Origin: an uncultured Bacilli bacterium | Lineage (GTDB): Bacteria > Bacillota_I > Bacilli_A > RF39 > UBA660 | NCBI GenBank assembly: GCA_934096235.1 | Contig: CAKOLO010000004.1 | Span: 3,551-67,550, forward strand | Length of the DNA: 64,000 nucleotides | Direction of reading: 5' to 3' | In this document: in pieces, positions 29,484 to 39,590 of the stretch | How the letters are laid out: each line of letters starts with the position of its first letter | How positions within the stretch are numbered: the stretch's first letter is position 1 | Position numbers and translations under genes: made by a program | Notes under the pieces: generated by a model | What the model was told of the DNA's origin: nothing | What the model saw: the letters and a program-made list of their open reading frames with translations, nothing else | Database searches by the model: none

Positions 29484-30098
29484 TTATTCTTCATTCTCAT
29501 TAATATACTCAAGAACATTTTTTGTTTCGTTTTTATCTTTAGGTTCTGGAATTTTATATGCCGTTTCTTTTGTATCTAAATCTCTATCATTAAGTTGTTT
29601 TTCTATTACTGAATCATTATATTTTATAGAGTTTAGAATTGTTATTCCTCTTGAAACTGCATACTTTATCTTACTTTCTTCTACCTCTACTTCTATTATA
29701 GCATAATTATAACACAACTCAACAAAAAATTTATCATTATTTTTTCTTATTCTTAAGTATCCTTCTGAATCATTTTTATCAAAAGAATAAAAGTAATAAT
29801 CATCTACATTTTTAGTTTCATTTATACTTTTTTTATAGTAATAACTAACTATATCTACATTTAGGTAATATATATTATTTTGGGATGTTAGTGTTTGATT
29901 AAAATTATCATCTTTAATAGCACTAAAGCCACTTGGTAAAAAGTATCTAAATCCTTTATTATTAGTATTATGTAGATCATTATTTTCTTGAGTTGCATTA
30001 TTAATTATATCTTCATATGATAAATTATTCATATAGTATGTGTTAGTGCATCCCGTAAATAGCAATAAACATAATACAATTATTATCTTTTTATACAT
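29484..30098 (-). CDS. Putative lipoprotein
   Basis: Lipobox LFTGC at residues 13-17. Confidence 0.5.
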   Translation of the reverse strand: MYKKIIIVLCLLLFTGCTNTYYMNNLSYEDIINNATQENNDLHNTNNKGFRYFLPSGFSAIKDDNFNQTLTSQNNIYYLNVDIVSYYYKKSINETKNVDDYYFYSFDKNDSEGYLRIRKNNDKFFVELCYNYAIIEVEVEESKIKYAVSRGITILNSIKYNDSVIEKQLNDRDLDTKETAYKIPEPKDKNETKNVLEYINENEE

Positions 30099-30136
30099 TT
30101 TTTGTCTCCTACTACATTAAAATTATAGCAAATTAT

Positions 30137-30763
30137 TTATTTTTTAACAACACTAATATAATTAATATTCTTGCCTAAACTTATAAATTTATCTTCGTAT
30201 TCAGTTCTAATTGTGTCTAGGTAATTAGTATCTGTTTTAATTACATCGTATCCATTTTCTATTAAAGATTCTATTGAAAACTCATATAAATCATCATTAT
30301 CAGTTTTCATTTCAATACGTTTTTCGTTTTTAAAAAGACTTTCATACTTATTTAAGAATACACTTGATGTTAATCTTCTTTTAGTATGTCTTTTTTTAGG
30401 CCAAGGATCACTAAAATTTAAATATATTTTGTCTATCTCATGATCAAAAACTTCTTCTATTTCTAAAGCATCAAAACAAATTAATTTTAAATTATTTAGT
30501 TCTAACTCTTCTAACTTTTTTACCGCGCTTACTAGTGGACTATCATATTTTTCAATACCAATAAAATTTATACTTGGATTTTCAAGTGCTTTTCCTATTA
30601 TAAATTTACCTTTTCCTGTGCCTATTTCTATTTCTATATTATTATCATTTTTAAATACTTTATTCCATTTTCCTTTATTTTCTTTAGGATTTTTTACTAA
30701 GTATTTAGATTTTGATATTATTTCATCTGCATTTTTGATATGTTTAAGTCTCAAAATACTCAC
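30137..30763 (-). CDS. trmB: tRNA (guanine46-N7)-methyltransferase TrmB
   Basis: TrmB family length and motifs. Confidence 0.8.
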   Translation of the reverse strand: MSILRLKHIKNADEIISKSKYLVKNPKENKGKWNKVFKNDNNIEIEIGTGKGKFIIGKALENPSINFIGIEKYDSPLVSAVKKLEELELNNLKLICFDALEIEEVFDHEIDKIYLNFSDPWPKKRHTKRRLTSSVFLNKYESLFKNEKRIEMKTDNDDLYEFSIESLIENGYDVIKTDTNYLDTIRTEYEDKFISLGKNINYISVVKK

Positions 30764-30823
30764 CTCGCATTAATATTATACACTACCTTTTATGTTTTGT
30801 CATATATTATTATAGGTGATTAT

Positions 30824-31090
30824 ATGAATAATAGAGACATGTTCTATCAAAATTTAAATCAAGGTTATAGCAATCCTGGAGCATTTATACCACCAAGTGG
30901 ATATAATATGAATAGTCAATATCAAGCTTATGGTCCTAATGTTATTCCTGAACAAATGGGATATACTAGTAATAATGAATTAAATGATAGAATTAGTAAA
31001 ATTGAAAGGCAAATTAAAAATTTAGATGTTAGACTTCAAAAGTTAGAATCTATTCCTAATGAAGTTAATGATAATTTGTATATGATATAA
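30824..31090 (+). CDS. Hypothetical protein: N/Q/Y/G/P-rich N-terminus plus C-terminal coiled coil
   Basis: ATG at 30824 preceded by AGGTGA. Spore-coat-like composition. Confidence 0.35.
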   Translation: MNNRDMFYQNLNQGYSNPGAFIPPSGYNMNSQYQAYGPNVIPEQMGYTSNNELNDRISKIERQIKNLDVRLQKLESIPNEVNDNLYMI

Positions 31091-31120
31091 AAAAAGCATT
31101 TCCGAAGAAATGCTTTAATC
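31088..31120. terminator. Bidirectional terminator AAAGCATTTC cgaa GAAATGCTTT
   Basis: 10-bp perfect stem between convergent genes. Confidence 0.5.
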
Positions 31121-31125
31121 TTTTA

Positions 31126-32565
31126 TTAAGAAAGTATAACTGATGCGAAAGTTAAGATTACCATTGATGCTAAAGCAATAGTTACTATTACTTTGAATGC
31201 CCATTTAAACCATGTAGTGTAATTAACTTTAGCAAGAGCTAAGCCACCCATAATTGCTCCACAAGTTGGAGTAATTAAGTTTACAAGTCCATTTGCTGCT
31301 ACAAAAGTCATAACTGTAGATTCTACACTATAACCAAGTTGTGCTGCAAGTGGAGCCATAATTGGTGTTGAAATAGTTGCAAGACCTGAACTAGATGGTA
31401 CAAGTACTGAAAGTACAATATGTAATAAATAGTTACAAGGTGTAAATATTGCAACTGGAGTTCCTTTTAACATATCAGCTACATTATAAATAATATAGTT
31501 GTCTAAATATGTTTGACTCATTAATGAATAAACACCACGTGCTACTGCAACAATTAGTACAACTGATAAAATATCTCTTGCACCTGCAATAAATTCATCT
31601 ATAATTTGATTAGCACTAAATCCATTTATAATACCAATAACAATTGCCATTATGAAGAACCATGCAGCTGATTCATTAAAGTACCAACCACCAAGTGCTG
31701 TTCCTGTTAACCATCCAGTCCATGAATCAAAGAATGTAATACCAAATTCACCCCATGGAATAAATCCAATAATCATTACTAAGAATGTAATACCGAAAAT
31801 CCATAAAGTAACTTTTTGTCTTCCAGTAAGAACAACTTCTTTAGTTTCATCTTTTTCTTTAAATTTTTCCATTTTCTTTTGTTCTTGTAATGATAAGAAA
31901 GTTGAACCTTTATCGGCTTTTACTTTTTTAGCATATCTCATTACGAAGAACATTGAAATTCCTAATGATACTAACCATAATACTGTACCTAAAGCTATAA
32001 TAATTCCTTGGTTAACAGTAATTCCTTCTGGTAGAGCTGCGATTGCTGCTCCTGTTGCGAATGGGTTAATAGTTGAACCTAAAACACCACTTCCAGCACC
32101 TAGTAATACTGTTGCTGATGCAACGATTGTATCCATACCTGCAGCTACCATTGTAAATGCAAGTAATGCATAGAAACCAACAGTTTCTTCTAACATTCCA
32201 TAAGTTGTTCCACCTATTGAGAATATTATCATTAGTATTGGAATTAATACTAATTCATTTCCTTTTAATTTTTTAACTAAGACCTTAATTCCATTTTCTA
32301 GAGCCCCTGATTTAGTTACTACTTGTAAGAATCCTCCAAGTATAAGAACGAATACACAAACGTCTACAGCACTTCCAAAACCTAGTATTGGTGAAAGTAA
32401 AACATTTGAAATTTTTGCTTTAACTACACCGCTACCATTAATTATTGTTCCTGCTTCATCAAATGCTGCATTTGGAAGAATTAAAGTAAATAATGCAAGA
32501 GCAATAATAAGTAGGAAGATTATTGTAAAGGCTGACATTCTTTCTTTTTTCTTTGTTTTAGCCAT
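31126..32565 (-). CDS. arcD: YfcC-family transporter portion with its own SD (GGGAGG, 7 nt spacer) and ATG inside the fusion ORF
   Basis: Internal start MAKTKKKERMSAFTIIF. The SD is the Gly-Gly codons of the linker. Confidence 0.55.
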   Translation of the reverse strand: MAKTKKKERMSAFTIIFLLIIALALFTLILPNAAFDEAGTIINGSGVVKAKISNVLLSPILGFGSAVDVCVFVLILGGFLQVVTKSGALENGIKVLVKKLKGNELVLIPILMIIFSIGGTTYGMLEETVGFYALLAFTMVAAGMDTIVASATVLLGAGSGVLGSTINPFATGAAIAALPEGITVNQGIIIALGTVLWLVSLGISMFFVMRYAKKVKADKGSTFLSLQEQKKMEKFKEKDETKEVVLTGRQKVTLWIFGITFLVMIIGFIPWGEFGITFFDSWTGWLTGTALGGWYFNESAAWFFIMAIVIGIINGFSANQIIDEFIAGARDILSVVLIVAVARGVYSLMSQTYLDNYIIYNVADMLKGTPVAIFTPCNYLLHIVLSVLVPSSSGLATISTPIMAPLAAQLGYSVESTVMTFVAANGLVNLITPTCGAIMGGLALAKVNYTTWFKWAFKVIVTIALASMVILTFASVILS

Positions 32566-33513
32566 TTTTTTGCCTCCCTTTTTCGTATTTCTAATAATTG
32601 TACCTGTTTCTTCATTGATCGCTTCTTTAGCGCATTCAAGTGATGTGATAATACCAACAGCACCTTCTTTATATTCACAAAAATCTATACAAGATTCTAC
32701 TTTTGGAAGCATGCTTCCTTTAGCAAATTCACCAGATTTAATATATTTTTTAGCATCTGATACTTCAAGATTATGAATATTTATTTGATCTACTGTGTTA
32801 TATTTAAGTGATACTTTTTCTACAGTAGTTAGTATTAATAAGATATCTGCATCAAGTTTTCTTGCTAGAAGTGAACTTGATCTATCTTTATCAATAACTG
32901 CAGCTACTCCTTTTAAAGTGCCACCTTCTTTAACAACTGGTATTCCACCTCCTCCTGATACAATAACAATATTTCCTTGATCTAAAAGGTCTTTGATTAG
33001 ATCAAGTTCTACTATTTCTATAGGTTTAGGAGAAGGTACAACTCTCCTATAGCCTCTTCCAGCGTCTTCTGTGAACGTATACCCTTTTTCAGAAGCAATT
33101 TTATCTGCTTCTTTTTTTGTGTAAAACGAACCAACAGGTTTATCTGGTTTATTAAAAGCTGGGTCTTTTTTATCAACAAGTACTTGTGTAACAACTGATG
33201 CACATCCTTTATTGATATCCCTTGCTTTCAATTCTGTTTGAATTGCTTGTTGTAAGTGATAACCTATGTATCCTTGACTCATTGCACCGCATTCTGCGAA
33301 TGGCATATTTGGTGTGTCTTTAGATTCCTCAAATGCTAGGTTAATCATTCCCACTTGAGGTCCATTTCCGTGGCTTACAACTACATTATATCCTTCACTA
33401 ACTAAATCTACTATTGATTTAGCAGTGTTCTTAACTAGCTTTAGTTGCTCTTCAGGATTATTCCCAAGAGCATTTCCACCTAAAGCTACTACAATACTTT
33501 TATTTTTTTTCAA
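31126..33513 (-). CDS. arcC: Carbamate kinase (ArcC, residues 1-316) fused in frame to a YfcC/DcuC-family putative arginine-ornithine antiporter (ArcD-type)
   Basis: Single 795-aa ORF. CK motifs (ALGGNAL...GNGPQVG) are followed, without a stop, by GGKK-MAKTKKK and 11-12 TM helices. Confidence 0.7.
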   Translation of the reverse strand: MKKNKSIVVALGGNALGNNPEEQLKLVKNTAKSIVDLVSEGYNVVVSHGNGPQVGMINLAFEESKDTPNMPFAECGAMSQGYIGYHLQQAIQTELKARDINKGCASVVTQVLVDKKDPAFNKPDKPVGSFYTKKEADKIASEKGYTFTEDAGRGYRRVVPSPKPIEIVELDLIKDLLDQGNIVIVSGGGGIPVVKEGGTLKGVAAVIDKDRSSSLLARKLDADILLILTTVEKVSLKYNTVDQINIHNLEVSDAKKYIKSGEFAKGSMLPKVESCIDFCEYKEGAVGIITSLECAKEAINEETGTIIRNTKKGGKKMAKTKKKERMSAFTIIFLLIIALALFTLILPNAAFDEAGTIINGSGVVKAKISNVLLSPILGFGSAVDVCVFVLILGGFLQVVTKSGALENGIKVLVKKLKGNELVLIPILMIIFSIGGTTYGMLEETVGFYALLAFTMVAAGMDTIVASATVLLGAGSGVLGSTINPFATGAAIAALPEGITVNQGIIIALGTVLWLVSLGISMFFVMRYAKKVKADKGSTFLSLQEQKKMEKFKEKDETKEVVLTGRQKVTLWIFGITFLVMIIGFIPWGEFGITFFDSWTGWLTGTALGGWYFNESAAWFFIMAIVIGIINGFSANQIIDEFIAGARDILSVVLIVAVARGVYSLMSQTYLDNYIIYNVADMLKGTPVAIFTPCNYLLHIVLSVLVPSSSGLATISTPIMAPLAAQLGYSVESTVMTFVAANGLVNLITPTCGAIMGGLALAKVNYTTWFKWAFKVIVTIALASMVILTFASVILS

Positions 33514-34745
33514 GGCTTGTCAGCTCTTACTAAAGGCATTGACATACATCTTGGACCACCTCTACCTCTAGATAATTCTGCACTATGCATTTCAAGAACT
33601 TTAATTCCGTTGTCTCTTAATAATTCATTAGTTATATTATTTCTATCATAAACAATAACTACTCCTGGAGCTATACATAATGTATTACTTCCATCGTTCC
33701 ATTGTTCTCTTTCTGCGCCTATTTTATCTCCACCAGCACATGGTATTAAAGTTATTTTTCTATGAAGATAATCTTCTAATATCTTTTCAAGTGAAGCATT
33801 TCTTTCTTTAACATTAAGTCCTCCTTCACCATCACTAGTTATTTCAAATACTTTAAGTGTTCCCATGATTCCTGGATGATATGTAAATTTATCTACGTCT
33901 ATTTGAGTAAATACAGTATCTAAATGCATGAATGCACGGCATTCTGGAATAGTAAATGCTAAGATAGTATCGATTTTAGCATCTTTATCGGCAAATACTT
34001 TGTATGCTAATTCTTCTATAGCATCAGCACATGTTCTTTGACTAATTCCTATTGCTAAGATATGTTCATTTAAATTAAGAACATCTCCACCTTCAATATG
34101 ATAAGCACTATATCTATCAAAATACTTATCTACTTGTCCTTTATAGTCTGGATGATACTCAAATATATATTCTGCATATATTGTTTCTCTATTACGAGTA
34201 ACTGAGTACATTCTATTTAGTGATACACCGTTTCCAATTGAAGCAAATGGATCACGAGTAAAGTATAAGTTTGGCATAGGATCTACTACAAATTGAGTAT
34301 CTTCTTTTATTGAGTCTACTAAACTTTTACCTTTTTTGGCTTTAGCTTTGATTACTTCGTTATTAATAATTCCTTCCATAGTTTTTAAAACTAAAAGTCT
34401 ATTATTTTCTATTGAAGTTAAGTATTCATATACAAGTCCTCTATATTTTGGAGTACGAATACCTGCTTCATAGATGAATTGAGTAATAAATCTTTCTCTT
34501 ATTTCAGGATCTTGATCTAATACTTCAGTCATTAAATCTTCTAAATATACTACTTCTACTCCATTATCTTTTAGAATTCTTACAAATTCATCATGCTCTT
34601 CTTGAGCAACTGGTAAGTATGGAATATCATCAAATAGTAATCTACCAAGACTATCTGGTGTTAAGTTCAATAGTTCCCTACCTGGTCTATGAACTAATAC
34701 TTTTTTTAGTGGGTTAATCTCACTAGTTACATTTATTGGTTTCAT
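33510..34745 (-). CDS. arcA: Arginine deiminase
   Basis: Full-length ADI with catalytic Cys near the C-terminus (GGPRCMSMP). Overlaps the arcC start by 4 nt. Confidence 0.9.
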   Translation of the reverse strand: MKPINVTSEINPLKKVLVHRPGRELLNLTPDSLGRLLFDDIPYLPVAQEEHDEFVRILKDNGVEVVYLEDLMTEVLDQDPEIRERFITQFIYEAGIRTPKYRGLVYEYLTSIENNRLLVLKTMEGIINNEVIKAKAKKGKSLVDSIKEDTQFVVDPMPNLYFTRDPFASIGNGVSLNRMYSVTRNRETIYAEYIFEYHPDYKGQVDKYFDRYSAYHIEGGDVLNLNEHILAIGISQRTCADAIEELAYKVFADKDAKIDTILAFTIPECRAFMHLDTVFTQIDVDKFTYHPGIMGTLKVFEITSDGEGGLNVKERNASLEKILEDYLHRKITLIPCAGGDKIGAEREQWNDGSNTLCIAPGVVIVYDRNNITNELLRDNGIKVLEMHSAELSRGRGGPRCMSMPLVRADKP

Positions 34746-34817
34746 CTAACTCTCCTTTATTATCTATTTTCTACTTTATTATATCAAAGTATTTTTTTTA
34801 AGTAAATGTTTTTAAAT

Positions 34818-34853
34818 GAAATAAAAAAGAAATTAATTTTTAGTTAATTTCTT
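34818..34853 (-). terminator. Terminator of the surface-protein gene (AAGAAATTAA/TTAATTTCTT)
   Basis: 10-bp stem, T-run on the minus strand. Confidence 0.45.
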
Positions 34854-37345
34854 TATTTTGTAATAGTAACATTTCCTCTTGGATTTTTTACTGTTCCAGT
34901 TTCAAATGTATATTCTTTAAGGTAATAATCACTACTTTGCGTATCATCATTGTAGTAATCACCATTAATTATATAGTGCCAAGCAAATGCTTTTCCAGCT
35001 TTATTTATTACTTTTGACATTGGATTTATATTATTTCCCCACATAGTATCATAGTACTTATTAAATGCAAGACTTCCTATAAATGTTACCTTACTTGGTA
35101 TTGTTACAGTCGATAAGAAGCACCAATCAAACGCTTGTGTTCCAATGTATGTTACACTTTCTGGTATTGCCACACTATACAAAAATGTATTAAAGAATGC
35201 TGCTTCGTCAATTTTTGTAACAGTTGATGGCACTGTTACATTTCTTCTTTGCGCTGAATAACTTACGATAGTTGTTAAATCATCAGTACCATCAGCATTT
35301 TTCTTGTATTTAATTGCATTTGTTTCACTTGTTGAGTTTGCGTTAAATGCTGCACTTCCAATAAAAGTTAAATTACTTGAAGTGTAATTAATAGTTGATG
35401 CCCAGTTAGCGAACATTGCTGACTCACCAATATATGTAACTGTACTTGGTATATTTATTGTACCCATATTATTAAATGCTAAGCTTAGGTTTCCTAATCT
35501 TGTTACACCACTTGGTATTGTCATACTTGTTATATCATTTTCATAGTAAGCATAGTTATCAATATTTGTCACTGTTGATGGAACAACTACACTATATCGC
35601 TTTCTTCCTCCATAACTCACTACTGTTGTTTTATCTTCAGAACCATCACTATTTCTTTTATACATAGTTGCAACACTATCTGGTAGTTGATTATCATTAA
35701 ATGATGCATTACCTAAGTATGTTACTGATTTAGGTATTGTGACACTTTGTATTCTATTTTTAAAGAATGCAAAACTGCCTATTCTTGTTAAAATATTGTT
35801 TAGTGTTAAGCTTGAAATATTATTTTGATTAAATGCATAATCACCTACTATTTTTAGTGTACTTGGTACTTTCACGGTCCTAATTTGATTTTCTGAAAAT
35901 GAGAAAGCGTCTATTTTTTCTAGTCCTTCATTTAATGTTAGTGTTCTAATTCTATTTTTTTCAAATGAGCCTGCTTTCAGTTCAATCACACTACTTGGAA
36001 TTGTTACTGATGTTATGCTATTATATGCAAATGCATTATATCCTATTTCAGTTATGGTATTTGGAAAAGTTACTGAAGTAATATTTTTTTCATAAAATGA
36101 TGAGTTTCCAATTTTCTTTACTGTTGTTACTCCTATAGTAGATGGGATTGTTACACTTCTTGAACATCTACCATTTGATGAATCATTCCCTTTGTAATCA
36201 TAATAATTTGTTATTGTTCCTGTTGATGTTGTAAATTCAAAGCAACTAGGTGACCAATGTGCATATATAGTTGTTGCACTATCAAATATAGTATCTTCTG
36301 TTACTTTTGTTCCACCTGTTGCTGAAGTATACCATCCATCAAATTGATTTGCTGATTTGGATGGACTACATAATGAACCTATTTTATTACCTTTAGAAAA
36401 TGTTTTTGATGAGCATCCTCTTCCACCATTATTATTATAAGTTAATCTTAAAGTACTATATTGCCATTTTGCAGTTACAGTAAGATTAGATTTTGCTACA
36501 GTGGACGCTGTTATTTTGGTACTTCCACGATACCAACCTTGGAATTCATAATTTGTTTTATTTGGTGTACAAAGTGTTCCCCAAGTATTACCGCTTGTTA
36601 CAGTTTTTGATGTACAGCCAGTTCCACCATTATTATTATAAGTTAATGTATATTTTTTCTTTTTAAAATAAACTTTACAACTTATATTTTTAGTAACATT
36701 TCTAATTGTTATTTTATTACTTGAATATACAGCATTACAGTTATTATAATCATATTCATATTCAGAATTTGGTATCAGTCTTATTTCAACATCTTCACCT
36801 TTATTTGCTGAATATATTTTTGGACTTACATCTCCATAAGATGTGTTAGCACTACTTACTACTACTTCATATCTTTCAACAAATATCCATGGATCGTTAT
36901 ATGTTCCAGAACCTGTTACTCCAGTATTTTCTCTTACATACTCAGTAACTCTAGTTCCACTTAAAGATGATTTATCAGTTAGTAGTTCATTGTCTGCTGA
37001 TGAATTACTAATTATATAAACTTTAGATGAATTTTCAGTCATTGTCCAGTAATTATTACCAGTAAATAGATATGTATTTCCATCTTTATCTTTAGATTTT
37101 CTAAATTCATCTAAATTTAATAAACCACCATTTTTAAATTGTGATACTGAACTTAGAATATTATTTTCATATTTATATGGTATTTCTAAACTATCATCAC
37201 TTTTTAAAATATATAGTTTATTATCAGGATATTGATTAATATATCTATTAGCATAATTACTGGAGTTGTTATATTCATTATTCATCTTAGCATTTATGAA
37301 TATCGGTAATATCAAAATTAAAATTAATAATATTTTCTTTTTCAT
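34853..37345 (-). CDS. Large secreted surface protein: Listeria-Bacteroides (Flg_new) repeats plus BspA-type leucine-rich repeats
   Basis: Signal peptide. Three YxLTYNNNGG...GWY repeats, many LRR_5-like units. DNA-level internal repeats. Confidence 0.6.
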   Translation of the reverse strand: MKKKILLILILILPIFINAKMNNEYNNSSNYANRYINQYPDNKLYILKSDDSLEIPYKYENNILSSVSQFKNGGLLNLDEFRKSKDKDGNTYLFTGNNYWTMTENSSKVYIISNSSADNELLTDKSSLSGTRVTEYVRENTGVTGSGTYNDPWIFVERYEVVVSSANTSYGDVSPKIYSANKGEDVEIRLIPNSEYEYDYNNCNAVYSSNKITIRNVTKNISCKVYFKKKKYTLTYNNNGGTGCTSKTVTSGNTWGTLCTPNKTNYEFQGWYRGSTKITASTVAKSNLTVTAKWQYSTLRLTYNNNGGRGCSSKTFSKGNKIGSLCSPSKSANQFDGWYTSATGGTKVTEDTIFDSATTIYAHWSPSCFEFTTSTGTITNYYDYKGNDSSNGRCSRSVTIPSTIGVTTVKKIGNSSFYEKNITSVTFPNTITEIGYNAFAYNSITSVTIPSSVIELKAGSFEKNRIRTLTLNEGLEKIDAFSFSENQIRTVKVPSTLKIVGDYAFNQNNISSLTLNNILTRIGSFAFFKNRIQSVTIPKSVTYLGNASFNDNQLPDSVATMYKRNSDGSEDKTTVVSYGGRKRYSVVVPSTVTNIDNYAYYENDITSMTIPSGVTRLGNLSLAFNNMGTINIPSTVTYIGESAMFANWASTINYTSSNLTFIGSAAFNANSTSETNAIKYKKNADGTDDLTTIVSYSAQRRNVTVPSTVTKIDEAAFFNTFLYSVAIPESVTYIGTQAFDWCFLSTVTIPSKVTFIGSLAFNKYYDTMWGNNINPMSKVINKAGKAFAWHYIINGDYYNDDTQSSDYYLKEYTFETGTVKNPRGNVTITK

Positions 37346-37353
37346 GATTACTC

Positions 37354-39054
37354 CTATCTCTTTTTATTTATAGTATCTAGTATTGTTTTTATTATAATAT
37401 CTCTATCTATATCGTGACTTTCTTTTTCATCTCTAAGTTTAAATTCTATGTATCCTTCTTCTAATTTTCTTCCTATTGTTATACGAATTGGTATACCCAT
37501 TAAATCCATATCATTAAACTTAATACCTACTGTTTCTTTTCTATCATCAAGTATTGTATCTATTCCTAGTTGTTCTAATTTTTTATAGAGATTGCTTGCA
37601 TACTTATAAGTTTCTTTATCATTAACATTTATTATAACTATGCCTACTTTATAAGGCGCTACTTCCATAGGCCAAATTATACCTTTTTCATCATTATGTT
37701 TTTCTACTATAGCAGATATACATCTATCAAGCCCTATTCCATATGAGCCCATATGTACATAATTTAATTCATTAGTTTCATCTAAATATCTTAGATTATA
37801 TACTTTACTATAGCTCGTTTCTAGTTTAAATATATGGCCAACTTCTATGCCATTTATAATATCGCATTCGCTTTTACATCTAGGACACAAAGAACTCTTA
37901 TTGAATAGTTTTATATCTGCATATTTATTTACTTTGAAATCTATTCCTGGTGTTACATTTTTATAGTGATAGTTTTCTTTATTACTTCCACAAATTGCAT
38001 TATACATACTTTTAACTTCGTTATCAGCAATAACTTGCATAGTTGTTTTTAATGGGCCAATGTAGCCTACTTTGGTACCTATTCTATCAAGTTCATATTC
38101 ACTTGGTGTTTCTATATTGTTAGTTTTTAATACTTTTTTAAGTTTATATACGTTTAATTCTGCATCAGCTCTTAGTAGTATCATTTTATACTCGTCATCT
38201 ACTTTAAGAATTAAAGATTTAATTATATTTTTAGGATCTACTTGTAAGAATTCGCTTAGACTTTTAATAGATTTTTTATTTGGTGTATATATAAGTTTAC
38301 TACTTTTAAGAGTATGCTCTTCTTTTTTATATTGATCGTATGATGATGCATCTTCTATATTAGTACTGTAACTACATTTTTTACATCTTACCACTTCGTT
38401 ATCACCATAGTCACAAATAACCTGAAATTCTTCACTAGAAGTGCCTTTCATAGAATCAGGATCTGCTCTTACAACCATAGTATCAATATTTAGTCTTCTA
38501 AAAATATTATTAAATGTTTGATACATTTTGTCATAACTAATATCAAGACCACTCTCATCAGCATCAAAACTATATGCATCTGCCATATAGAATTCTTTTT
38601 TTCTAATAAGTCCATATTCTGGATGACCTTCGTCTCTAAATTTATTACTTAATTGAAAAAGTGTGAAGTGTAAATCTTTATAGCTTCTTATTTTGTTTCT
38701 TACTAATAAAGCAAATAATTCTTCATGAGTTGGACATAACATATATTCTTTATTATTTCTTCCTTTTAATTTGAATATTTCGCTTCCAAATAATTCCTCA
38801 CGATTTGTTCTATCAAAAATACTTCTGTCTACTAGTGATGGCATAAGCACTTCATCAGCATTATTTTTAGACATTTCTTCTCTTATGATCTTTTTTATAT
38901 TTTCAAGTACTTTTAAACCTATTGGTAAGTATGAATAAATACCATTATCATTTTTATAAATCATTCCACTTTTAATAAGTAGTTTTGCTGATATACAATC
39001 TTCGTCATTAGGAAATTCTTTACGAGTTATAAAAAAGTTATTAGACATTCTCAT
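37354..39054 (-). CDS. proS: Prolyl-tRNA synthetase, bacterial type (with INS editing domain)
   Basis: MRMSNNFFITRKEFPNDED N-terminus matches bacterial ProRS. ATG preceded by AGGTGAG located in the 3' end of the pilin gene. Confidence 0.85.
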   Translation of the reverse strand: MRMSNNFFITRKEFPNDEDCISAKLLIKSGMIYKNDNGIYSYLPIGLKVLENIKKIIREEMSKNNADEVLMPSLVDRSIFDRTNREELFGSEIFKLKGRNNKEYMLCPTHEELFALLVRNKIRSYKDLHFTLFQLSNKFRDEGHPEYGLIRKKEFYMADAYSFDADESGLDISYDKMYQTFNNIFRRLNIDTMVVRADPDSMKGTSSEEFQVICDYGDNEVVRCKKCSYSTNIEDASSYDQYKKEEHTLKSSKLIYTPNKKSIKSLSEFLQVDPKNIIKSLILKVDDEYKMILLRADAELNVYKLKKVLKTNNIETPSEYELDRIGTKVGYIGPLKTTMQVIADNEVKSMYNAICGSNKENYHYKNVTPGIDFKVNKYADIKLFNKSSLCPRCKSECDIINGIEVGHIFKLETSYSKVYNLRYLDETNELNYVHMGSYGIGLDRCISAIVEKHNDEKGIIWPMEVAPYKVGIVIINVNDKETYKYASNLYKKLEQLGIDTILDDRKETVGIKFNDMDLMGIPIRITIGRKLEEGYIEFKLRDEKESHDIDRDIIIKTILDTINKKR

Positions 39055-39055
39055 A

Positions 39056-39478
39056 TTACTCACCTACTATGTAAGAGATTATTTCTCTTGTATTTATATC
39101 ATTAGTATCGTATCTTACACATACTAATAGGTTATTCATTTCTTGATTTGTTATTGGATTAGTAAGAGTTTGTTTTTGATTTTTATCTCCAGTTAGGTAT
39201 CCTGCGTGTATTAATTCGTTTATACTTACACATACGCAATCATTATCACATGTATTTTGGTTAGTATAATCTTTTGATACATTTGATGGTACACTTATTA
39301 GGTTATCTCCTGCCCATTCTTTAGCGGCAACATTTACTTGTTTTACTCTACTTTCGTAAGTTTGTTTTAATGTATTTTGTCTCATTGAACTAATATTTGG
39401 CACTATAACTATCGCAAGTAATGCCATAATTGCTAAGACTGCTAAAACTTCTACTAATGTAAATGCTTTTTTGTTCAT
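39056..39478 (-). CDS. ComGC-like type IV (pseudo)pilin, prepilin motif KKA/FTLVEV
   Basis: Class III signal-like N-terminus with Glu+5, hydrophobic helix, two Cys in the C-terminus. SD AGGAGAG. Confidence 0.6.
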   Translation of the reverse strand: MNKKAFTLVEVLAVLAIMALLAIVIVPNISSMRQNTLKQTYESRVKQVNVAAKEWAGDNLISVPSNVSKDYTNQNTCDNDCVCVSINELIHAGYLTGDKNQKQTLTNPITNQEMNNLLVCVRYDTNDINTREIISYIVGE

Positions 39479-39590
39479 ACGTACTCTCCTACTATAAAAA
39501 AGTATAACAAATTTTGATAATAATAACAATAATTTTATTGAAATAATATCATTTCTCATATATAATATATATTAGAATAGAAAGAGGTAT

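Noticed and set aside
33018-33203. 61-aa minus-strand ORF inside arcC in another frame.
   Set aside because: It is fully contained within the carbamate kinase coding region, and the CK frame is strongly supported by motifs.
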